Both the position numbers and the translations under genes were made by a program. Positions 53,441-64,000 of a stretch of DNA of 64,000 bases are shown piece by piece. Position 1 is the first letter of the stretch. Each line of letters starts with the position of its first letter. The notes beneath the pieces are model-generated. The model was given only the letters and a program-made list of their open reading frames with translations. It was not told the DNA's origin and made no database searches. Source of the stretch: Eledone cirrhosa (taxonomy: Eukaryota); the NCBI GenBank assembly GCA_964016885.1, contig OZ024751.1:16244001-16308000 (forward strand), read 5' to 3'.

Positions 53441-53695
53441 TTATATATATATTATATATATATATATATATATAAAAGGCGTGAAGGCGTGTAGCTGAGT
53501 GGTTAGAGAATTGGATTCACAACCTTGAGGTTGTGAGTTCGATTCCTGAACAGGGCGAGGCGTTATGTTCTTGAGCAAGACACTTTATTTCACGTTGCTT
53601 CTTCTACCTGGAGTTGCGACCGAGCGATAGTACTAGCAACTGGAAAGACCAACGGAAACATTATTTCCTCGGTCCGATTTGACGAAAGTCGATCA

Positions 53696-53742
<47 letters not shown>

Positions 53743-55269
53743 CAAAAAAATAAAAATCGATCCCAGTACTGGACAGGGATATTTGTTATCGACCTCGAAA
53801 GGATGAAAGCAAAATTGAGCTCCACAGAATAAATACGGCAAAATATTATTTCCTATATTCTAAATCTCCGCCTCGTCAGATAGAATGCTCTGCGGTATTT
53901 GTTCCAGATGTTTCCTCTTTGAGTTCAAATCCTCTTGTGGTAAACTTTCCCTTTCAATGTTGATAGAGAAATTACAAGACTTGTACTCTTCCCCTATGTC
54001 TCTATCTGACTTCATCTCTTTCACTTGGACGTAAGTCCAACACATTTGAACGTAGATATAATTGTTCCAGTAGTTGTCAGTGTATATGTATGTGTTTGTA
54101 TATGCATATAATATGTATGTGTTTGAATATAACTCTATCAGGTGTTCATGCTGGGGCACCACGATTGTGCTTGGGGTACCACCATGTATATGTGTGTATG
54201 TACGCATGTATGTGTGTGTATGTAGGTATGTGTGTATGTAGGTATATGTGTGTGTATGAATAGTTATGTATGTATGCATGTATGTATGTGTGTGTATGTA
54301 GGTATGTGTGTGTATATAGGTATGTGTGTGTATGTAGGTATATGTGTGCGTATGTATGTATATGTATGTATATGTATGTGTGTATGTATGTATATGTACG
54401 TATGTATGCATGTATGTATGTATGCGTGTGTATGTAGGTATGTGTGTATGTATATGTATGTATGTATGCATGTATGTATGCATGTATGTATGTGTATGTA
54501 TGTAGGTGTGTGTGTATGTATGTATATGTATGTATGCATGTAGGTATATGTGTGTATGTATGTATGAAACTATGTATGTATGTATGTATGCGCGGGCACA
54601 TAGAAATAGTCGGGCTGGACACACGATTGCGCGGTTAAACTACTGGGAGTGAAGGCAACTCAGGAAACTGGGATAACTCCGATATAAAACCTGCCGCTCA
54701 GTAGTTACTGATGATGTTGATCTTTTCTTCTTTTCGGGTTATAGCTACTGTCGCTCAGAGAGTGGGATTGGCTCAGTGCACAGTCTTTCTTCACTTTAAA
54801 AAATATCTTCACGCACAGGCATTGCACGATAAAATTAATTCATATTTATTAATAATGGTATATCATACAATGGCCATACTCGAAAACGAGGGGGCAGCCA
54901 TCATGTATGTATGTATGTTCTTCCGGTTTTATAATTTCACAAATTTTTTCCCAATAAAGAGAAGTCGGTTTCTACCATAGACACAATACTCTCTCATTGG
55001 AATTTACACAACATAAACTAGGTAGATTATGTATGCATGCATGTGTAGATATGGATGTTATTGTAAGTGTGGATGTGGATGTTTTGAGTTGTATGTGTGC
55101 ATGTGTATATGCTTTGAATCTGTACGTGTGTATATGCAGTTATTAGATGCAACATTTTTGGAATGTTTTACATATGTTTACTGTTCCATAAATGGATTGT
55201 ACTTGTAATTTCCTAACTAGTTGTGTTCTTTCTGTTCCTGTGAAGCCTAGCTTCTCATATATGTGTTAT

Positions 55270-56040
55270 CTCTTTCTCTTAATTTCGAGTATATTTTTTT
55301 GACCGGTCACCTTCCTGGTGGCAAGGTTGTAAAAGAAAAGAAATTGTCATCCCTTGAATCGCAAGAATGTTTTGCAAATTTTGAAGGTGCCAGCTATCGC
55401 AACCATTTGCAGACTATGAATTAGGGAGCTGCGCTCTTTGTCCGCAAATCCAAGTTCAGTCATACTTTGGTCCAAGTGGGTTGGTATATAACCCGTAGCT
55501 CCAATAATGATGGGTATGAAGCTATATCTTGGATACTGGATTTGTAAACTCCTCATCAATGGTCCGTAGATGTCCTCCTTCTCCTGTATTTTTCTGACAA
55601 CATTTACATCAAGTGGGCAGCTGATCTCCACAACAGAACACGTTTTCAATGTGTGGTCCCAGACAACAATATCAGGCCGGTTGTGCTTTAATGTGATGGC
55701 AGTTTTAATTTCAGGTTTCACCAGTATTCCTTAGTGCCATCTGTCTCAATATATTCTTCCTCGTTTGTTGTTAATTTTATTTTCCGAAGTGCGTTCCAGA
55801 TGGTTCTAGCTATCCCATCGTGTCTCATGGGGAGGTAGTAGTAAGATGACATTCTTTTGCAGCTGGCAACAATGTGGCTTACATCTTCGATCTTTGTTTT
55901 ACATAGCCTACATTTATTGTCATCTGATGGCCCTCCCCTTTTGTGCAGCAGATATTTGGTAGAGAGTTCTTGTTCCTGTATTGCATAGAGATATCCCTCA
56001 AGGTGTGATGTCATAAACTTGTCGGAACTCCATGCCAGGC
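55270..56040 (-). pseudogene. 3' part of an RLE-type non-LTR retrotransposon (CCHC and RLE, frameshifted), next to (TACA)n
   Basis: EGYLYAIQEQEL, CRLCKTKIEDVSHIVASC, RHD, HNRPDIVVWD..VEISCP..QEKEDIY, IPIIIGATG. Confidence 0.85.
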
Positions 56041-56112
56041 TGTGTATGTATGTATGTATGTATGTATGTATGTATGTATGTATGTATGTATGTATGTATG
56101 TATGTATGTATG

Positions 56113-57876
56113 GGAGAGATAACCCCTTAGCCTTTGTTAAGGCAGAATTCTAGGAGAAGGAAAACTCTGATATAACACCTGCAACCCTGATGGTATCCAA
56201 TGATGTTGACTTGTTCTTCTTTTTGGTAAATATCATCTTGGTTAAGAGAGTGGGACTGGCTTTGTGCAGTGCCTTTGCTCACTATAAAAGCTTCACGGCA
56301 CAGGCATTGCTTTATATCTAGAGATCGCTCTGCACCTGTCGTCACATGGTACCATGGGCCCAGCACTATGTGTCAATAATTGTCACAAGTGTAGTGTTTG
56401 TACCCGAGTTTTCAAGTCGCTGGCTGGACTAAAAAGTCACACTCGTTCAGCGCATCGGTAGGGGTTCTCTTACAAGGATATAAAGTAGTGGCCGTACTCG
56501 AAAACGAATTGGCAGCCACTATGTATGTATGTATGTATGTATGTATGTATGTATGTATGTATGTATGTATGTATGTATGTATGTATGTATGTATGTATCT
56601 GTGTGTGCATGCATGTATGCATGTATGTATGTATGTATGCATCTGTATGTGTATGTATGTATATATATATCTGTGTGTGTATGTATGTGTGTGTATGTAC
56701 GTATGTGTGTATGTATGTATGTATATGTATTTATGCATGTATGTATGTGTGTGTATGTATATGTATGTATGCATGTGTATATGCTTTGAATCTGTACATG
56801 TGTATATGCAGTTATATTGACACTATGTGTCAATAATTGTCACAAGTGTAGTGTTTGTACCAGAGATTTCAAGTCGCAGGCTGGACTAAAAAGTCACACT
56901 TGTTCAGCGCATCGGTAGGGGTTCTCCTACATGGATATAAAGTAGTGGTCGTACTCGAAAACGAGTTGGCAGCCACCATGTATATAAATGTGTATGTATG
57001 TATGTATGTATATATATATCCGGGAGAGATGACCCCTTAGCCTTTTTCAAGGCAGAATTCTAGGAGAAGGAAAACTCTGATATAACACCTGCAACCCTGA
57101 TGGTATCCAATGATGTTGACTTGTTCTTCTTTTTGGTAAATATCATCTTGGTTAAGAGAGTGGGAATGGCTTTATGCAGTGCCTTTGCTCACTATAAAAG
57201 CTTCCCGACACAGGCATTGCTTTATATCTGGAGATCTCTCTGGACTTGTCGTCACATGGTGCCATGGGCCCAGCACTATGTGTCAATAATTGTCACAAGT
57301 GTAGTGTTTGTACCAGAGTTTTCAAGTCGCTGGCTGGACTAAAAAGTCACACTTGTTTAGCGCATCGGTAGGGGTTCTCCTACATGGATATAAAGTAGTG
57401 GCCGTACTCGAAAACGAGTTGGCAGCCACCATGTATATATATGTGTATGTATGTATATATATATTTGGGAGAGATGACCCCTTAGCCTTTGTCAAGGCAG
57501 AATTCTAGGAGAAGGAAAACTCTGATATAACACCTGCAACCCTGATGGTATCCAATGATGTTGACTTGTTCTTCTTTTTGGTAAATATCATCTTGGTTAA
57601 GAGAGTGGGACTGGCTTTGTGCAGTGCCTTTGCTCACTATAAAAGCTTCCCGGCACAGGCATTGCTTTATATCTGGAGATCTCTCTGCACTTGTCGTCAC
57701 ATGGTGCCATAGGCCAAGCACTATGTGTCAATAATTGTCACAAGTGTAGTGTTTGTACCAGAGTTTTCAAGTCGCTGGCTGGACTAAAAAGTCACACTTG
57801 TTTAGCGCATCGGTAGGGGTTCTCCTACATGGATATAAATTAGTGGCCGGACTCGAAAACGAGTTGGCAGCCACCA
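56113..57876 (+). mobile_element. Tandem cluster of family T copies (56113-56520, 56820-56978 partial, 57022-57430, 57467-57876; further copy 59124-59518; divergent copy ~54620-54900)
   Basis: Each full copy starts CCCCTTAGCCTTTGTTAAGGCAGAATTCTAGGAGAAGGAAAACTCTGA (RTE-like 5' UTR motif) and ends GAAAACGAGTTGGCAGCCACC then (ATGT)n. Confidence 0.8.
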
Positions 57877-58178
57877 TATATGTATATATCTGTGTGTGTA
57901 TGTATGTATGTTCTTCTGGTTAAATTATTTAATAAATTTCACCAATAGAGACTGAGAGCCGGTTCCCAAAACATATACAAGACACTTGGAATTTAGACAA
58001 CATCAAGTGTGTGTGTGTGTGTTTGTATGTTATTGCCTGTGTGGGTGAGGATGTTTTGTGTTATATCTCTACATGTACACCTGTCTCTGTATCTATATAT
58101 CTGTACATGCAGTTATTACAAGCTCAAATGTTTTACATAGTTTAACATGTGCCTACGCATGCATGTACTAATGCGTTC

Positions 58179-58253
<75 letters not shown>

Positions 58254-58332
58254 TATATGTATATTTATATATATGTATATATGTATATATTTGTATATAT
58301 ATACATATATATATACATACATATATATATAT

Positions 58333-58396
<64 letters not shown>

Positions 58397-58816
58397 GAGG
58401 TTACCTCGTGCGCTAAACAGTCTTCCTAAATATTTTGAAGTGGAACATACCAATTTTCATAGTGCTTGCTGAGGAGATCAAAATGCGGTATTTTCTTCCA
58501 CTTTTTCATTATTCGAAACATATTTGGATTTTAAGGTTTAAACCTGTCTACGGAACAGGTTTGATTTTGAAATTTAAATTTGTCCAAGCACTACGGCCAT
58601 TGCCAATACAATTTGTTTTTGTTGATAGGCAAACTGTAATATTATTATTAGTATATTTCTATCTAGCTAACTTGGTCATTTACAATACAAACATAAATAT
58701 TTGTGTTTATCAAATATATTGATTTATATTAACCTATATTACATGGCTCAGAAATACTCTTTCTTCGAGCTATTTCATTGTAAATGATCGCCTGAGATTT
58801 GAACTCATTATTATTG

Positions 58817-58908
<92 letters not shown>

Positions 58909-59662
58909 TTATGTGTGTATTTATTAAATACATGCTGAATTTCTGAAATGTTTTACATATTTTTACATGTATGTCTATATGTATATATGTATGTATGCAT
59001 CCAAGGTTTTTTGGTGAGGAGGGTGACTTTGGACATCCTGCAGGACTAAAAACAAAATCAGTCAAAGGGAAAAGGAGCTCTTAAGAGTCAATGGCCATCC
59101 AAAATCACCGGAGTTATGAACCATTAGCCTTTGTTAAGGCAGATTTCTAGGAGAAGGAAAACTCTGATATAACACCTGCAAACCTGATGGTATCCAATGA
59201 TGTTGACTTGTTTTTCTTTTTGGTAAATATCATCTTGGTTAAGATAGTGGGACTGGCTTTCTGCAGTACCTTTGTTCACTATAAAAGCTTCACGGCACAG
59301 GCATTGCTTTATATCTGGAGATCTCTCTGCACTTGTTGTCACATGGTACCATGGGCCCAGCACTATGTGTCAATAATTGTCACGAGTGTAGTGTTTGTAG
59401 CAGAGTTTCCAAGTCGCTGGCTGGACTAAAAAGTCACACTCATTCAGCGCATCGGTAGGGGTTCTCCTACATGGATATAAAGTAGTGGCCGTACTCGAAA
59501 ACGAGTTGGCAGCCACCATCTATATATGTATGTACTAATGCGCTCGTATATATATATATACGTATATATATATATATATATATATATACGTATATATATA
59601 TACGTATATATATATATATATACGTATATATATATATACGTATATATATATATATGTATATA

Positions 59663-59705
<43 letters not shown>

Positions 59706-59711
<6 letters not shown>

Positions 59712-62700
59712 GACGTAAAATAAAAAAATATTTTTTTAAAAAAATTTAAAAAAAATTTTTTTCTTACTTAAATTTTCACTCCAACTAATTAGTTTCTGCA
59801 ATGGGATAAAGACAGTTACGTAATTCAACTGTCGAGAATTCATTGCGTCATCAGGGAGTCTATTCTCAGGGAGTGAATTCTCGACAGTTGGATTACGTAA
59901 CTGTCTTTATCCCATTGCAGAAACTAATTAGTTGGAGTGAAAATTTAAGTAAGTAAGTAAAAAATTTTTTTAAAATTTTTTTGAAAAAATATTTTCTTAT
60001 TTTACGTCTTTTATATTATTGTTCTGCATTCTCCTGCATTGAACCACCTAGGTACTATGACATAACCTGTGTATTTGCTGGCATGGGCGTGCATCTGTGC
60101 GCTTATGTTAGTTGATATATTAAATTATCTATATTTATCTCCAAATCACTGATTTGTCGAGCAAACTTGTCAAAACCACTTCTAAAAAAATTTTTTTTGG
60201 GGTGTTAGTAGGCGTCAGTCATCTTACCATCCCATTCCTTCTAACTAGCCTCTGTGTCACGTGATTGATTCTTTAGAATCGGCCATTTGACTTGAAGCAG
60301 TGAGAATTTCGGTACATAAAATTCAGTCCTCGCAAGCTGTTCGATTTACCGAATTATTATTATTTTTATATGAGCCGCCAGTGTCCGCGCATTGCCTGGA
60401 GACTTAACTGAGAATAGACTTCCTGATGACGCAATGAATTCTCGACAGTTGAATTACGTAACTGTCTTTATCCCATTGCAGAAACTAATTAGTTGGAGTG
60501 AAAATTTAAGTAAGAAAAAAATTTTTTTTAAATTTTTTTATAAAATATTTTTTTATTTTACGTCCTTTATATTATTGTTCTGCATTCTCCTGCATTGAAC
60601 CACCTAGGTACTATGACATAACCTGTGTATTTGCTGGCATGGGCGTGCATCTGTGCGCTTATGTTAGTTGATATATTAAATTATCTATATTTATCTCCAA
60701 ATCACTGATTTGTCGAGCAAACTTGTCAAAACCACTTCTAAAAAAATTTTTTTTTTGGGGTGTTAGTAGGCGTCAGTCATCTTACCATCCCATTCCTTCT
60801 AACTAGCCTCTGTGTCACGTGATTGATTCTTTAGAATCGGCCATTTGACTTGAAGCAGTGAGAATTTCGGTACATAAAATTCAGTCCTCGCAAGCTGTTC
60901 GATTTACCGAATTATTATTATTTTTATATGAGCCGCCAGTGTCCGCGCATTGCCTGGAGACTTAACTGAGAATAGACTTCCTGATGACGCAATGAATTCT
61001 CGACAGTTGAATTACGTAACTGTCTTTATCCCATTGCAGAAACTAATTAGTTGGAGTGAAAATTTAAGTAAGAAAAAAATTTTTTTTAAATTTTTTTAAA
61101 AAAATATTTTTTTATTTTACGTCCTTTATATTATTGTTCTGCATTCTCCTGCATTGAACCACCTAGGTACTATGACATAACCTGTGTATTTGCTGGCATG
61201 GGCGTGCATCTGTGCGCTTATGTTAGTTGATATATTAAATTATCTATATTTATCTCCAAATCACTGATTTGTCGAGCAAACTTGTCAAAACCACTTCTAA
61301 AAAAATTTTTTTTGGGGTGTTAGTAGGCGTCAGTCATCTTACCATCCCATTCCTTCTAACTAGCCTCTGTGTCACGTGATTGATTCTTTAGAATCGGCCA
61401 TTTGACTTGAAGCAGTGAGAATTTCGGTACATAAAATTCAGTCCTCGCAAGCTGTTCGATTTACCGAATTATTATTATTTTTATATGAGCCGCCAGTGTC
61501 CGCGCATTGCCTGGAGACTTAACTGAGAATAGACTTCCTGATGACGCAATGAATTCTCGACAGTTGAATTACGTAACTGTCTTTATCCCATTGCAGAAAC
61601 TAATTAGTTGGAGTGAAAATTTAAGTAAGAAAAAAATTTTTTTTAAATTTTTTTAAAAAAATATTTTTTTATTTTACGTCCTTTATATTATTGTTCTGCA
61701 TTCTCCTGCATTGAACCACCTAGGTACTATGACATAACCTGTGTATTTGCTGGCATGGGCGTGCATCTGTGCGCTTATGTTAGTTGATATATTAAATTAT
61801 CTATATTTATCTCCAAATCACTGATTTGTCGAGCAAACTTGTCAAAACCACTTCTAAAAAAATTTTTTTTGGGGTGTTAGTAGGCGTCAGTCATCTTACC
61901 ATCCCATTCCTTCTAACTAGCCTCTGTGTCACGTGATTGATTCTTTAGAATCGGCCATTTGACTTGAAGCAGTGAGAATTTCGGTACATAAAATTCAGTC
62001 CTCGCAAGCTGTTCGATTTACCGAATTATTATTATTTTTATATGAGCCGCCAGTGTCCGCGCATTGCCTGGAGACTTAACTGAGAATAGACTTCCTGATG
62101 ACGCAATGAATTCTCGACAGTTGAATTACGTAACTGTCTTTATCCCATTGCAGAAACTAATTAGTTGGAGTGAAAATTTAAGTAAGAAAAAAATTTTTTT
62201 TAAATTTTTTTAAAAAAATATTTTTTTATTTTACGTCCTTTATATTATTGTTCTGCATTCTCCTGCATTGAACCACCTAGGTACTATGACATAACCTGTG
62301 TATTTGCTGGCATGGGCGTGCATCTGTGCGCTTATGTTAGTTGATATATTAAATTATCTATATTTATCTCCAAATCACTGATTTGTCGAGCAAACTTGTC
62401 AAAACCACTTCTAAAAAAATTTTTTTTGGGGTGTTAGTAGGCGTCAGTCATCTTACCATCCCATTCCTTCTAACTAGCCTCTGTGTCACGTGATTGATTC
62501 TTTAGAATCGGCCATTTGACTTGAAGCAGTGAGAATTTCGGTACATAAAATTCAGTCCTCGCAAGCTGTTCGATTTACCGAATTATTATTATTTTTATAT
62601 GAGCCGCCAGTGTCCGCGCATTGCCTGGAGACTTAACTGAGAATAGACTTCCTGATGACGCAATGAATTCTCGACAGTTGAATTACGTAACTGTCTTTAT

Positions 62701-63469
62701 CCCATTGCAGAAACTAATTAGTTGGAGTGAAAATTTAAGTAAGAAAAAAATTTTTTTAAATTTTTTTAAAAAAATATTTTTTTATTTTACGTCCTTTATA
62801 TTATTGTTCTGCATTCTCCTGCATTGAACCACCTAGGTACTATGACATAACCTGTGTATTTGCTGGCATGGGCGTGCATCTGTGCGCTTATGTTAGTTGA
62901 TATATTAAATTATCTATATTTATCTCCAAATCACTGATTTGTCGAGCAAACTTGTCAAAACCACTTCTAAAAAAATTTTTTTTGGGGTGTTAGTAGGCGT
63001 CAGTCATCTTACCATCCCATTCCTTCTAACTAGCCTCTGTGTCACGTGATTGATTCTTTAGAATCGGCCATTTGACTTGAAGCAGTGAGAATTTCGGTAC
63101 ATAAAATTCAGTCCTCGCAAGCTGTTCGATTTACCGAATTATTATTATTTTTATATGAGCCGCCAGTGTCCGCGCATTGCCTGGAGACTTAACTGAGAAT
63201 AGACTTCCTGATGACGCAATGAATTCTCGACAGTTGAATTACGTAACTGTCTTTATCCCATTGCAGAAACTAATTAGTTGGAGTGAAAATTTAAGTAAGA
63301 AAAAAATTTTTTTTAAATTTTTTTAAAAAAATATTTTTTTATTTTACGTCCTTTATATTATTGTTCTGCATTCTCCTGCATTGAACCACCTAGGTACTAT
63401 GACATAACCTGTGTATTTGCTGGCATGGGCGTGCATCTGTGCGCTTATGTTAGTTGATATATTAAATTA

Positions 63470-63471
<2 letters not shown>
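59706..63471 (+). mobile_element. Retrozyme/PLE-like concatemer: ~6.5 head-to-tail 557-bp units (59875-63471) preceded by an inverted arm (59706-59868), inside (TA)n
   Basis: CTGATGA cores at 60423, 60981, 61538, 62095, 62652 and 63208 (spacing 556-558). Units differ almost only in homopolymer runs. Confidence 0.9.
60418..60499 (+). ncRNA. Type I hammerhead with expanded stem II, one per 557-bp unit
   Basis: ACTTC CTGATGA C GCAATG..GACAGTT/AACTGTC..CATTGC A GAAAC TAATTA GTT GGAGT. The inverted arm has a perfect ACTCC/GGAGT stem I. Confidence 0.75.
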
Positions 63472-63516
<45 letters not shown>

Positions 63517-63573
63517 GAATATATATATATATATATATATATACATGAATATACATATATATATATATATACA

Positions 63574-64000
<427 letters not shown>

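Noticed and set aside
53485-53560. Possible tRNA gene (also the heads of SINE-M)
   Set aside because: A and B boxes continue into SINE core sequence with no proper acceptor stem. These are SINE heads.
60392-60598. 68-aa ORF in the 557-bp unit
   Set aside because: Non-ATG start, low complexity, overlaps the ribozyme, and is broken by homopolymer changes in most units.

Overview
AT-rich eukaryotic genomic DNA saturated with microsatellites. The SINE types and repeat landscape suggest an octopod cephalopod (inference). The only clear host gene is a single-coding-exon class A peptide-type GPCR (42172-43293, minus). The rest is mostly mobile DNA: a 5'-truncated but otherwise open R4/Dong-like retrotransposon (RT, CCHC knuckle, restriction-like endonuclease) in (TAA)n, relics of other RLE, CRE and RTE LINEs, about 30 tRNA-headed SINE copies, a complete non-autonomous Helitron, and hAT and Tc1-like MITEs. 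The striking feature is at least 10 distinct families of short non-coding elements that sit in (TA)n tracts. Most carry recognisable type I hammerhead ribozymes (HHRs) or parts of them and are integrated as asymmetric fold-back inverted repeats, an architecture typical of Penelope-like element (PLE) pseudo-LTRs. Across families the fold-back axis often lies at the ribozyme (in one case exactly at the predicted cleavage site). The short arm usually stops just before a shared 23-25-nt 3'-tail hairpin. Several HHRs are atypical (U3-A8 core, 45-120-nt stem II). One family occurs as a ~6.5-copy, almost identical 557-bp head-to-tail array that looks like a rolling-circle cDNA of a retrozyme-like circular RNA. 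All folds and alignments were done by eye, and boundaries are approximate to a few bases. Most ORFs in the supplied track are microsatellite artefacts.
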